64,000 nucleotides of DNA from Octopus sinensis (lineage: Eukaryota). The translations under genes and the position numbers were made by a program. The stretch is taken from the NCBI RefSeq assembly GCF_006345805.1, contig NC_043006.1, positions 94,054,001 through 94,118,000 of the forward strand, written 5' to 3'. Each line of letters starts with the position of its first letter. The stretch's first letter is position 1. Positions 1 through 13,319 of this stretch are shown here, in pieces. The notes under the pieces are model-generated. The model ran no database searches and was not told where the DNA came from. It saw only the letters and a list, made by a program, of their open reading frames with translations.

Positions 1-182
1 GTAAATTTTTTTTTAAATCGTAGACTCATCGTAGACGCGCGCTAATACCCAGAAGGGCTCGATATGAATCACGACTATAAGATACCCGGTTTTGGTTAAA
101 CTGCACCGCAAAATGTGGGAGTAGTTAGGAATCTAAATCGTAGGAGACAGACAGCACACAACCTCACTTTTATATATAAAGA
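1..182 (-). mobile_element. Non-autonomous Helitron-like element, 5' end (rest beyond window edge)
   Basis: Near-identical to 5071-5251; minus-strand start A|TCTTTATATATAAAAG, same family as the complete copy at 4854-5251. Confidence 0.65.
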
Positions 183-742
183 TTTGTTGTACATAAATTT
201 GACAACAAAATCTTATACAGATCCCGAAGGGTCATGTGGACCCTATTTGAGAGCCCCTGGCCTAAACCCTACTGTCATGTAAATTTCTATGAGTTTCTAT
301 GGAGTCATTTGACCCGCTAGAAATAATACCAAAATCACCCTCAAATTGAACTTAAATAAAGGACACATTAAATAATGCAATCCCACACTTCACAGTGTCC
401 TAAAATGATTGGATGGTCACTGTTAGAATACCCAACATCATAAATCTGATTGATCAAAGATTACTCGGAGATAAACAACAACTGCAACAATATTTACCAA
501 ACCAAACCTTTACATGGTTGCTGCGTTTGCTAGATATACCAGCAAAAACATCACTCAGCCATCCTTATTCTTTTCTTTCTTTTTTATTTTCTCATTGTTT
601 TTCTTTTCTACTTCCATTTTCCAACACTTTTTCACCTTCACCTGCCCTATGTTTTTCTATTAACTTTGTATATAAATTTGTTCATGTTTATGAACCTTAA
701 TTGCTATGCCTTTACTCAAACACAATATATATATATACATAC

Positions 743-777
<35 letters not shown>

Positions 778-822
778 ATATATATATATTATATATATAT
801 ATATATATACTACTTGACCGGC

Positions 823-866
823 AGCTACAGACGCGTTTCGGGGTATTGCCCCTTTTCAATGCAGCG
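823..866 (-). ncRNA. Degenerate type I hammerhead-like motif in Penelope-like repeat
   Basis: Minus strand GCTGCA-TTGAAAA-GGGG caata CCCC-GAAAC GC GTC-TGTAGC. Stems I/II and the GAAAC...GTC box are present, but the CTGANGA box is decayed. Confidence 0.35.
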
Positions 867-2321
867 TAGCCAGACCAGTAGGTGTCGCTTCCGACAATCT
901 CTGTTCGAAGGTTTTATTTATGTATGTATGTGTGTGTGTGTGTGTGTGTGGGTGTGTGTGTATATGTATACATATACCTTTTTCCCCCCTCCTTCACCAT
1001 TTTCTATCTGTCTCTCTCTCCCACTCTCTTTCTTTCTCTCGTTGCTCACACGTGACCATCGTCCATCTTTCTTTTCCTGCATGGACATTCAAGAGATTGG
1101 ACATTTTGTTTCTCTCTTCTATCTTTTCTCTTTCGAAAGAAAATATTTTCCTCTTGTTCTGGTCTAACAACTCTCCATGTTTGTTTTCGTTTGGTTTCCT
1201 GGTATATCACCACTGTCCTGTTTTTGTTCCCAACATTGACCCTCCATAAATCTTAAATTTTATTTTAGAATTTATAGGAACAACTGTCTTTGAAGACTCA
1301 TATTGTCATAGGTACACAGCTAACAACTGATGAAGGGGCGTTTCTCTGTGTTTATTTGTCCTGTTTTCCATTTTTCCTCATTGTTTATGTATTTAACTCG
1401 TTTGTTTACGTATTTCATGTTGTTTGAACTGTTGGTGACATCCTGTACCCATATATGCATGTATAACACATCTGGTTGTTGTTTATACTCCTGTCTTCAT
1501 CTTTTGTTTCTCTGTAAATTTCATCTATATATGTGACTGCATGTGTATCATTGGCAATTTTCTTTCTCCATCTTTCCTTCCTTGGACCTTTCCTCTTTTT
1601 ATGTTTCTGACGAAAAGCTCCACTCAAAATGTTAAATCCTCCTTCTTTCTTTCCTTTCCTGAGCGTCCAATAGCCCTATACTCTCTTCCCTTCTCTCCTT
1701 CTCTCCTCCTCTCTCTCCTCATATACCTACCTTCCCCTCCCCCCATAAACCCACCCACCCCTACTCCACCTTCCCTGTCCTTCCCACCCCTTCCCCCACT
1801 CTAACCCCCTCCCCCACATACCTCACCTCTGACCCCACCCTCTACCTACCCACAACCCCCACTCTATCCCACCCCAGCCGAACCCACACCCCACCTGTGC
1901 TTTCCCCACTCTCGCCTACCCCACCTCCCCACAACATCACACCACACTACACTACACCCTACAACATCACATGCCTCTACCACCTCCCCACAACACCACA
2001 CCACACTACACTACACCATACAACATTACACATCACATCACAACACACCACCCACACACCCATCCCCACATCTCCACACCCACACATACATACATACGTC
2101 CAGACCACCAGCCCTCTTTCACATGCACATACATACTCTCTTATACACACGCACCTTTGTGTTGGGGACACCTTCATATTGGAAGTCACTTGACCCTGTT
2201 ATCTCACCTACTGTCCCTCTCATGTCTGACCATTGTCCGAAGTCAAGACGCCATGATAGATCATTAGCTACTACACGCATTTTTTTCTCTCCTTGTTTCT
2301 CTCCTTGTTTTTTTCTGTGTA

Positions 2322-2359
2322 TCTTTCTGTCGAAGAGCGTAGGCTCGAAACGTAAAAGA
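2322..2359 (+). ncRNA. Hammerhead-like motif, A6U core variant (repeat family B; copies ~2225-2450, 9400-9570, 56500-56730)
   Basis: TCTTT-CTGTCGA-A-GAGC gtag GCTC-GAAAC-GTA-AAAGA: stem I 5 bp, stem II 4 bp, palindromic ACGT stem III. Confidence 0.55.
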
Positions 2360-2491
2360 CTTTTTCTATTCTTGAGCGCTATACTAATACAATTGTTTGT
2401 TTGTATTCCACCTGCCTTCGTCTTTTGTTTATTTTCGTAAACTTTCCCTTATATATATATATAATATATATATATATTATATATATGAATA

Positions 2492-2524
<33 letters not shown>

Positions 2525-2894
2525 CTATATATTATTTACTGTTTATGATGCTTAACAACTGGCAATTCAAAATTAAAATTCAAAATTCATTAGCATAATA
2601 GTATATTATATTATATTCTTATAATAATACAATATAAAGCAATATAATAAGTAAAAAGTGTCTACTATAATAATATTTTTGCGTTTTATTCCATCACAAC
2701 ATATGAATGAGAAAAGGAGGAATGATAGATGAACAATAAGGAAGGGGTAAAAAAAGATCAAACAGCATTTCAACTCTGTGTGAGTATATGTGTGTGTATG
2801 TAAAAGGGTAGTATGTGAATGTTTGTGTGTGTGAACCAGTTTTCCTTCAGTAACAAACGATGATCAATGTCACATTTTAAGAGATGAGGAATTA

Positions 2895-3045
2895 TGTACA
2901 TTATTTACATTATTTACGTTTGATGGATATTTGTCCTCATCTTGTTTGCTTTCATCAGGTGTCTTAAGGAAATTTCAAACCTGGGTTCTATTTCCTAAGG
3001 TATTTTTTGATGTTGTTGTTGTTGTTGTTATCATTATTATTATTG

Positions 3046-3097
<52 letters not shown>

Positions 3098-3120
3098 CAT
3101 CATCATTATTATTATTATTA

Positions 3121-3174
<54 letters not shown>

Positions 3175-3181
3175 TCACTGC
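2895..3181 (-). mobile_element. 5'-truncated copy of tRNA-headed, hammerhead-tailed SINE-like element (family D)
   Basis: Tail 2895-3010 matches 33810-33960 (stem II deleted); (ATT)n 3010-3170; last 11 nt of head CAGGTCACTGC at 3171-3181 identical to 33987-33997. Confidence 0.6.
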
Positions 3182-3207
3182 ACTGTTGGAATCAAACTCA
3201 TCAACAG

Positions 3208-3240
<33 letters not shown>

Positions 3241-3241
3241 G

Positions 3242-3292
<51 letters not shown>

Positions 3293-3363
3293 GTAATAAT
3301 AATAATAATAACAACATCGAAAAATACCTTAGGGAGGAGAACCCAGGTTCAAAATTTCCCCAA

Positions 3364-3409
3364 GACACCTGATGAAGGCTGGAGAGTATATCAGCCGAAA
3401 CTTTGTGTT
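3364..3409 (+). ncRNA. Type I hammerhead-like motif (family D tail, 3312-3455)
   Basis: GACAC-CTGATGA-A-GGCTG gagagtatat CAGCC-GAAAC-TTT-GTGTT. Core and stem II are intact; G16.2 is changed to T relative to the 33863-33908 copy. Confidence 0.6.
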
Positions 3410-3737
3410 AACAACAAACAAGATGAGGACAAATATACATCAAATGTAAATAATTGACAAGTGTATTAATTTGATTCACTATCCGTATTTATATATAAAA
3501 TACTACAATTAGCCGAGATTTTTTATGGCATGGAGCCAGCTAGTTAAATATAAATCATGTAGAAATGTTTCAATTCTCAGCAATAATAAAATCATAAAAA
3601 TTCATTGTTTTTTGGCCAAGAATTTCCTCAGTGTAACTTCTTGCGTATATTAGGATTCACATATCCATGAAGACTGAATTTTTATCTATTTGTTTATATA
3701 TATAGATACATACATACATATATATACACATACATAT

Positions 3738-3822
<85 letters not shown>

Positions 3823-3834
3823 CATATATGGAAT

Positions 3835-4222
3835 GGATGGAAGCACTCCGTCGGTTACGACGACGAGGGTTCCGGTTGATCCGAATCAACGGAACAGCCT
3901 GCTCGTGAAATTAACGTGTAAGTGGCTGAGCACTCCACAGACACGTGCACCTTTAATGTAGTTCTCGGAGATATTCAGCGTGACACAGAGAGTGACAAGG
4001 CCGGCCCCTTGAAATACAGGTACAACAGAAACAGGAAGTAAGAGTGAGAGAAAGTTGTGGTGAAAGAGTACAGCAGGGATCACCACCATCCCCTGCCGGA
4101 GCCTCGTGGAGCTTTAGGTGTTTTTGCTCAATAAACACTCACAACACCCGGTCTGGGAATCGAAACCGCGATCCTAAGACCGCGAGTCCGCTGCCCTAAC
4201 CACTGAGCCATTGCGCCTCCAC
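3835..4222 (-). mobile_element. tRNA-derived SINE (other copies ~38165-38450 +, 47120-47460 -)
   Basis: Minus-strand head GGAGGCGCAATGGCTCAGTGGTTAGGGCAGCGG...GGTTTCGATTCC with Pol III A/B boxes; body shared with 47120-47460. Confidence 0.75.
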
Positions 4223-4242
4223 ACATACATATATACATACAT

Positions 4243-4284
<42 letters not shown>

Positions 4285-4378
4285 TGCTAAAGCATTGTGA
4301 CATAATAACTTGGTGTAGAACTGAATATACATGTTTCTCTTAACAAAGCAATTCTCAAATACAGAGAAGTGTATGTAT

Positions 4379-4421
<43 letters not shown>

Positions 4422-4503
4422 CTATCATCATCATTACCACCACCACCACCACCACCGTCGTCGTCGTCGTCGTCATCATCATCATCATCATTCATATATA
4501 AAT

Positions 4504-4849
4504 TTTATAATTATAATTGAGGATAACCCGAAGTGCCAGCTTTGCTGTAAAAATCAGAGACGAAAAATCCTCCAATAGCCCTCACTTCACTGGAAATGCA
4601 ACAGGCACAACAGAAATCAGGCTCTGAGTAAAGAAATTAACTTACCACCGGCAGATCGTAACACTCCAGGCCGCCTGGTTTATCGGTGGGTGGTGCCACC
4701 AAGGGCATTGGCAGCTGTAGGGCAAGCCTTCCCTGGGGCTGTTGACTTTCGTGGACAAGCCACGCACCTGGTGGCTGCACACCCACAGATGTATGACAAA
4801 TTCTTACAGCAATGCTGACACCTCTTGTTGCCTCAATTATAATTATAAA
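4504..4849. mobile_element. Putative MITE with 19-bp terminal inverted repeats
   Basis: TTTATAATTATAATTGAGG (4504-4522) and CCTCAATTATAATTATAAA (4831-4849) are perfect reverse complements around a GC-richer interior with no recognisable ORF. Confidence 0.45.
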
Positions 4850-4853
4850 TTAA

Positions 4854-5251
4854 CTTGCAGTATCACCCGGCGTTGCTCGGGTTTGTAAGGGAAATAACTA
4901 TATAAGCCTTTTTAGAGAGTTATAGCCAAAAAATAGCAAAAAAATGCATTAAAAATGAAAAAAAAATTATGGTAAATTTTTTTTTAAATCGTTCACTCAT
5001 CGTAGACATTTTTAGAGAGTTACTTCCCTTATATAATAGCGAAAAAATGCATTAAAATGGAAAAAAATGATGGTAAATTTTTTTTAAAATCGTAGACTCA
5101 TCGTAGATGCGCACTAATACCCAGAAGGGCTCGATATGAATCACGACTATAAGATACCCGGTTTTGGTTAAACTGCACCGCAAAATGTGGGAGTAGTTAG
5201 GAATCTAAATCGTAGGAGACAGACACACAACTTCACTTTTATATATAAAGA
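4854..5251 (-). mobile_element. Complete non-autonomous Helitron-like element
   Basis: Minus strand: 5' A|TC start at 5251, 3' hairpin CCCGAGCAACGCCGGG then ...CTGCAAG|T (CTAG-like) at 4854, no TSD; second copy at 1-182. Confidence 0.65.
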
Positions 5252-5524
5252 TTACAAAATTTTGGATTTACTATTTATCAGCTTTTGCTATCTGGCTACT
5301 TATATTATTGTTATTGTCTATTTCATTAATAAGGACTAATAATAATATTTATATAAATATCATTTGAATATTTATTCATTTATATATATATATGGGTTGC
5401 ACATAGGTTGCCCTACGATCCAAGGTAAGCACGGTAAGTTCGTCCAACCCATGCTAGCATGGAAAACGGACGCTAAACGATGATGATGATGATGATGATA
5501 TATATATATATTTATATATTTATA

Positions 5525-5586
<62 letters not shown>

Positions 5587-5635
5587 CATATATATATGTA
5601 TATATATATGTGTATATATATATATATATATTAAC

Positions 5636-5666
<31 letters not shown>

Positions 5667-7035
5667 CATACATATATATATATACATATATATACACACA
5701 TATATAGTTAATCCAAACATGAACAAGCAAGAAAAAACAACAACGCGAGGACTGGATGCTCAGTAGAGGAAAGACAAGAAAGAGGATTTCCCGTTTCGAG
5801 CAGAGCTCTTCATCAGAAATATAGAAAAAGTCAAAAGAAGGGAAGACGGAGAAAGAGAATTGCCAACAATAGACACGCGGTCAGCACTATCCGAATGTGA
5901 TCAGTGCCAGGCTGGTGGCATGTAAAAAGCACTATCTGAACATGATTGATGCCAGGCCCACCTGACTGGCCCCCGTGCCAGTGGCACATAAAAAGCACCC
6001 AGTACACTCTGTAAAGTGGCTGGCATTAGAAAGGGTATCCAGTTGTAGAAACACTGCCAGATCATATTGGAGTCTGGTGTGGCCTTCTGGCTTGCCAGTC
6101 CCCAGTCAAACCATCCAATCACTACCAGCATGATGATGATGATGATATATGTACATACTTCGTATATGTAGACGTATGTGTGTTTATATATATACACACA
6201 TACACACACACACATATATATACATACATACATACCTACACCACCCTATAAGTGTAGTGATATTCTTTTAATTTCCATCTCCCAAGGCTTAGGTCATCCT
6301 GGGGCTGTAGCAGAAGACCTTAGCCCAAGGTGTTGTGCCATGGGACTGAACGTGAATCCTTGTGTGAATCAATTCGTGTGTGTACACCAGTTTGTGAGTT
6401 TTATGTGTCCATGTCCGCCACGACATCACTCACATATTTAATATGTGCATGGTAAGCCGTTTCTCGCATCAAGCTCAAACCTCGCACACTTTTGCCTTAT
6501 ATTATATTCTCTCCCAACCCCACCTCGCCCCGCCCAACCCCACTCGACAGCTCAGTCAGCGCCCACCCCCACCCTACCCCGCCCCCAACACACACATGCA
6601 GCAACTCACTCGATCACTCCACGCCCTTACCCAGCCACACCATTAACTACCCACCTCCACCGTTCTTTCAGCTTCGGTTACACTTCGACACACCCGACTT
6701 CCACTCTTTTGCAGCAGCATCTACCCGACGTGCCACCCCACCCCACCATTCACTCACACTCACCTTGAATATTATGCGTTTTGTACGCACACTTGAACTT
6801 GCACTCACAGATTGTAATTACACCTTCACTAACACTTTGCCTTTCAACACGTAGCCCTTACTCATTTGCAACTATCAGGGTAATATCAAGACAAGGAGAC
6901 AATAGCACACACACACACAAATAGACATATGCTTCAATACATACATACCTGCCTGCATACATACATACAAACATTTACACATATATACAAATAATTGTGT
7001 TTATATATATATATATATACAAGAATTTTTTGCGC

Positions 7036-7299
7036 AATGAGATAAAAAAGCAAGGCTGTGTAGATATTAGAACATTTATAGATAGAAGGTCTTACAGCTG
7101 TTTCCAGGATATTTATTAATTATATCCAGGATATTCATTGATTAATTATATCCCTAAGTATATATATATATATACTTAGCCGTCCTCTCACTCCATCTCC
7201 TATGAAAGGATATAATTAATAAATATCCAGGAAACAGCTGTAAGACCTTCTATCTATAAATGTTCTAATATCTACACAGCCTTGGTTTTTTATCTCATT
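7036..7299. repeat. Fold-back element (~90-bp inverted arms), Penelope pseudo-LTR-like, family E
   Basis: Arms 7036-7125 and 7208-7299 are reverse complements; contain GAAAC AGCT GTA AGAC box; related to arms at 36946-37667. Confidence 0.6.
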
Positions 7300-7594
7300 A
7301 TGCAGTAGAGAGAAAGACTTAGATAGATAGATATGTATGTATATGTATGTATATCATCATCATCGTTTAACATCCGTTTTCCATGCTGGCATGGGTTGGA
7401 AGCTTTGACTGGGGTCTGGAATGCCCGGAGGCTGCATCAGACCCTAATCTGAGCTGGCAATATTTCTACAGCTGGATGCTCTTTCTAATGGCAACCACTC
7501 CGAGAGTGTAGTGGGCACTTTTTATGTGCCAATGGCACAGAAACCAGTCAAGGCGGCACTGGCATATATGAATATGTGTGTATATGTATGTATA

Positions 7595-7641
<47 letters not shown>

Positions 7642-7659
7642 GTATATATATATATATAA

Positions 7660-7965
7660 ATAATTTACAATATAAGGGCAAAAGAAAAATTCTAATGCCA
7701 AATATGCCGAAAAAAAGACAAAAATTGTCAGTTAATCATTATAATTTATAATTCACTTATATCTCGTGTATTTGCCGCTGAAGAGGAGAAAATTCTTATG
7801 AATTAACTCCGAAATTGGTCCAATACGGTAATAACGAATTTTTTAGAAATTTCTATCGGTTTGTTTCGAGACGCATAAATTATAATGGTTAACTGACAAT
7901 TTTTGTCTTTTTTCGGCATATTTGGCATTAGAATTTTTCTTTTGCCCTTATATTGTAAATTATTT
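7660..7965. repeat. Fold-back element (~90-bp inverted arms)
   Basis: 7660-7750 vs 7875-7965 are reverse complements; spacer holds CTGAAGA-GGAG...CTCC-GAAA TTGG TC (hammerhead-like, stem I not intact). Confidence 0.6.
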
Positions 7966-8033
7966 ATAAATTTAACCTTTAAAGGTATTTTTTGATATGC
8001 TGGCCGTTGATGAAATTTTTTTCTTACATTAGT

Positions 8034-8065
<32 letters not shown>

Positions 8066-8806
8066 GGAAGCCTGCTTTATGATGATGGTGATGATGATGT
8101 GTGTGTGTGTATGACTGGCTTCTTGTTTCCATTTTTTCTCTGCCAATTCTTTTCATGGCCCCCAAGCTATAGTAGAACACACCTGCCCAAGGTTCTACAT
8201 AGTCGGACTTAACCTTGAAACCACATGGGTGAGAAAGTGAACTTCCTGTGCTTAGCTATGCCTAAACAGTGCTTTGAGCAGTGCTTCCTCTACCACCATT
8301 CCTCTTCCATACCACTGTGATGTCACTTCCTTTTTATTTATCTCCACCTACATACAACACCCATAGCAAATTGACTCAGCAATTAATTAAGAAAACTACA
8401 AAATTACCAACCAACAAACTTTCTGATTAACCTACTAACCTAATTACTAGATGATCTAATTAGTAATTTTCTCATTAGTTAATTATCTTTCTTACATAAT
8501 TTACTAATGCGGGAGCCTGTATGTGATTGCTTGATCTGTAAGAAATAGCAGTCAGTTTTTCAAGCAACACATTGAAGAACTCATTGGATAATGTGATTCT
8601 AGTTCAGGTGTACCTGGACATGGGAAAAATTTGAGGTGATTATGTATGAAGTATCTTTGATCATCAGTCGTCTGCTTAATCATAAACCAAAAAGACATAC
8701 TTTGTTAAATCTGAAGACAACAACCTCATAACATATGCCGACTGCCTTGCTTTTCGGTTTCTTTTTAAAACTTCTTTGTGACTCCTTTCTTCCTTTTTCT
8801 CTCTTT

Positions 8807-8837
<31 letters not shown>

Positions 8838-8874
8838 TATATATACATATATATACATATATATATATTTATTT

Positions 8875-8906
<32 letters not shown>

Positions 8907-10185
8907 TTGTTATTAACCATTCTTGTTTTTATTTTTGTTTTCGTTTTTTGTATTTATATTCGTCCCTGTTGCGTTTACATTCGTTCCTGTTTTCCAAGAG
9001 ATCTAATGCTCACATCTTAGTTTTTCCTTGGGGCTGGCCGTGTTGGAGCAAATATCAGAATTAATCAGCTGAAATTTGCTATGATGATCCAGTTTCTGAC
9101 TGAAGATTAAAGGCCTGTCTGTTTTCTGTGTTCATCCCTTTGTGTATTTCACGTTCCTGTTTCTTTATATATAAATTTTTATTCCTATATATATACATAT
9201 GTATATATATATGTACATATCTATTATATATGTACACATTCATACACACACACATATTCATATATAGGTATGTACATGTATATGTATGTGTGTGTATACA
9301 TACATATACACATACACATATATATAAATATGTGTGTGTGTGTGTGTTCGTGTGTGTTTGTGTGTGTACATGTACATGAACAAGTAAAACATTTGCCATG
9401 ATAGATCGCTCGCCACTAAGCCTTTTTGTATTTTCTCTCCCTTTTTGTTTCTGTGTTCCTTTCTGTCGAAGAGTGTAAGCTTTCTCACTTCTTGAGCGTT
9501 AAACTAATACATCTGTCTGTTGTTTACACACCCATCTTCGTCGTTTGTTTTTTTGTAAATTCTCAATATAACAATACAGAGTTCGCTTCGTCTCCATTTG
9601 GTTGTGTGTTCTAACAATATGTGGCACCTGAGGCAAGAATCTTCAGGTGCAGCCTTGAGCTGACAAATGCCAACCTTAGAATTGGTTGATGGAAACTGAG
9701 AAGAGGCTCATCATATGCACGTGTGTGTGTGTGTGTGTGTGGTGTGTGTGTGTGTGTGTGTGTGTGCGTGCGTGTGTGTGTGTGTATGTACATTTATTTA
9801 ATTAGATTTCTGTGTTAGCATTTGAGAGAACCACTACTTAATGGAAAGTGTTCTGTAACATGTGGCAACACTAATGATATTTCGAAACTCAAAAGAAATA
9901 TGATTAGTCTTGTAATTGCCATCAATGTGAACATCATCTGGCAACTTATTCCATCTTATATGTGTAAATATCCAATTTTTCTCTGCTGTCCTTACAGCTT
10001 TACTGCATTCAAAACTTACTTTCTTGCCTGCAAAATACCAACCACATTTGACACTTTCAAAGTTTGTTTATTATATTTATATGCATTATAGAAAATATCA
10101 TAAAAATATGGAGTTAGTAAATTGTGTTTTTTGTTTAGTTTGCAATGGTTTAACTGCTTTCCATGGCAACCAATGTTGTGTCATA

Positions 10186-10690
10186 ATAATAATAATGATG
10201 ATAATAAATAATAATAATGAAATTATTGTATACAGTGCTCGGAGTGCACCACAACTTGTCAAAAGTGCATATAAAGCATATGCAGTAATGTACAAATGTC
10301 TGGAAAGCGAACAGTGTATGAGTCAGATACATGCTTGCGTGTGTATGGAGGGGAGAAAATCAGGTGTAGTGTTGGCGAATCTCAGGAAGCATGGAAGTTT
10401 TGAAGGATGCAGTGCTCCTACAACTAACAACTGATGCCGGCAGTTTGTTCCATGCTTCAGCAACACTTAGCGTGAAAAAATGTTTCCGAAAGTCATGGAG
10501 TTTGAAAAGGTGCTCAGAGTTATTGTTTGTAAGATGGTTAATAATTTTATGGGTGTCTGCCAAGTCAGCTGCCAGATGTTGGAGTTTCAATGTGTCTATG
10601 CCCAGGGAAGTAAGGCATTCAGAATATGGCAAATGCCTGATGGAGGGTATTCTCATGTTGTTACCCTGTTGACAATTACTAATTTATGCT
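10186..10690 (-). mobile_element. CR1/L2-type LINE 3' fragment
   Basis: ORF 10360-10656 reads LTSLGIDTLKLQHLAADL...FRKHFFTLSVAEAWNKLPASVVSCRSTASFK, the typical CR1/L2 ORF2 C-terminus, followed by 3' UTR and (ATT)n tail. Confidence 0.75.
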
Positions 10691-11662
10691 GATGCATTGC
10701 TCAACTTTTCCTTCACAGTACAGGACAGAACCTGCTCCTCACAATGCCATAGAATGTAATTTGCTGGTTCAGTGTGGAAATAAATTAGAATTGTTGACAT
10801 GGTAACAATATGAAATAAGATTTAGTTGTAAGGAAAATCAATGATACAATTGAAAACTAAATAATAAACACTTCATTTGCCAACTCCATTTTAAATCCAA
10901 TAAGGCTTGCACAACACCTCAAAGACCCTCCCCAATCTACCGACATGATCCAGAGACAAACCAGAGCAAGATTCCCAGTGCCAATATGGATCACAGGCTC
11001 AGGAATGTGGGAATGCCATGATCTCATGCATAACTAAAAGATCTTCAAAATGTTCAATGACATTCTCGGTAGTCACCAGTGACTATGGAATACCTGGCCA
11101 AGTATGAGAGTGATGCGGTGAGCATGGAAGCCATAGATGTTAACCCAGGTGAAGCTCACTGCTGTTGCAGCAAGCTCATGCATGGACATTGCTGGCATTT
11201 TGCATGGGCAATGGTCAGTGATGGTCTTCTTTGGTCACGAGTGAACAGCCATCATTACACCATCATATAAAAATCATCTTCATCATCATCATTTAACGCC
11301 CGTTTTCCATGCTGGCATGGGTTGGACGGTTCGACTGGGGTCTGGGAAGCCAGGAGGCTGCAATCCGATCTGGCAAAGTTTCTACAGCTGGATGCCCTTT
11401 CTAATGCCAACCACTTTTCCTACATCTATTATTAGCAGCTTAACCAGGAAGATGCTGTGGTGTCTACATGTGAGAGGGGAAGGGGCAGATGACGGATAAA
11501 GAATGGAGGGAGGTGTGCGAGTGTGTATGCGTGTATGTATGACGTGTGTGTGTGTGTGTTAAATGGAGCTGTGTAACACTCGTGGACACACACACACACT
11601 CAGATGTAGTTGTGGTGTCCACACAAATACTGGACATCCTTGTTACTTATTTGCTTTATATG

Positions 11663-11718
<56 letters not shown>

Positions 11719-12160
11719 TGTGTGTGTGTGTGTGTGTAGTTTCATTCCAAAATGTATCTACATGTGGATTGTTGGTGATTTCTTTCCTCTGTCTTCCTTT
11801 TCTCTTGGGCTTTTTCTGTCTCCCATTATTGAAGAAGAGCTTTGCTTGAAACGTAAAACACCCTTTCTTTCCTTCCCTGAACGTCTCATTAATACCTTGC
11901 AGGTACCACGTCCTCACGGTGTTATCTTTTCCTTGTGTTTTTCCTTTGCTTTTTTTGTTTAATTATATATATATATATGTGTGTGTGTATGTGTATATAT
12001 ATATATATATATATAATATATATAATATAATATATACATACATATATATGATGCAAGCACACACACTCACTCACATACACACACACACGTCATACATGCT
12101 TACATACCTTTGTTACATCACAAAGTCTTATTTTATACTTTTTCTATAAGGTTTACTCAT

Positions 12161-12192
<32 letters not shown>

Positions 12193-12529
12193 TCTCTTGC
12201 ATGCACACATGCACACACACACACACACACACATACACGTCATACATACACACATACACACTCGCACACCTCCCTTCATTCTTTATCTGTCATCTGCCCC
12301 TTCCCCCCTCACATGTAGACACCACAGCATCTTCCTGGTTAAGCTGCTAATAATAGAAGTAGGAAAAATGCTAGGTACGCTGTAGACAGCAGCAGCAGCA
12401 GCAGCAGTAGCAGCAGTAGTAGTATGGAATTGTAAAAAGCATCAACGTCTGTCAGGATGGTGGTGGTGGTGGTGGTGAGGGTACAAGGAAAGATGGGGAG
12501 TGTGGAGAGGTAGGAACTACTACTACCAC

Positions 12530-12655
12530 TGCTACTGCTGCTGCTTCGGCTGCTGCTGCTGCTACTGCTACTTCGGCTGCTGCTGCTACTTCGGCTGCTG
12601 CTGCTACTTTGGCTACTGTTGCTGCTACTTCGGCTGCTGCTGCTAGTACTCCTGC
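12530..12655. repeat. (GCT)n-based minisatellite, 21-bp unit GCTGCTGCTGCTACTTCGGCT
   Basis: About 4-5 imperfect tandem units visible. Confidence 0.75.
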
Positions 12656-13219
12656 TGTGTAGGTCTCCCCTGTGTCACAAGATTGTAGGATGGGCTGAAT
12701 TTGTTTCACCTGGAGTGCCAGAGATTTGAGGAAACAAGATTTCACCGTTTTACTCATCATCATCATCATCATCATCATCACCACCTCTACCATCTTTTCT
12801 TCTTCTTCTTCTTCTCATCATCATTAGCACCACCACCACCACCACAACCGCTGCCACTGCCCCCCCCCATCCTTATTATAATCATCATCACAGCTGCTGT
12901 CACCAGCACAAACACCAGTATTGCCATCATCATCATCGTCATCACCTGTGTTCCATATAACACCTTCACCATCTGTTACTTCCAAGCAGATGTGTGGCCC
13001 CAGGCAGGCCAGCATGCATAGGTGGTTAAGAAGTCTGTGTTACAACCTCACCGCTTTTGGTTCACTGGGCAAAATGTTTAGCAGTATTTCGTCTGTCTTC
13101 ACGTTCTGAGTTCAAATTCTGCCGAAGTTGACTTTGCCTTTCATCCTTTCGGGTCAATAAAAGAAGTACCAGTTGTGTACTGGGGTCAAACTTGCTGGCC
13201 TTGAGTCAAAATTTAAAAC

Positions 13220-13267
<48 letters not shown>

Positions 13268-13319
13268 CATTATTATTATTATCATTATTATTAATATTGT
13301 ATTTGTTTTTCCTTTTCAG

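Noticed and set aside
13173-13319. N-terminal poly-Ile part of the 193-aa ORF
   Set aside because: It is the intronic (ATT)n SINE tail; a clear acceptor at 13319 marks the real exon start.
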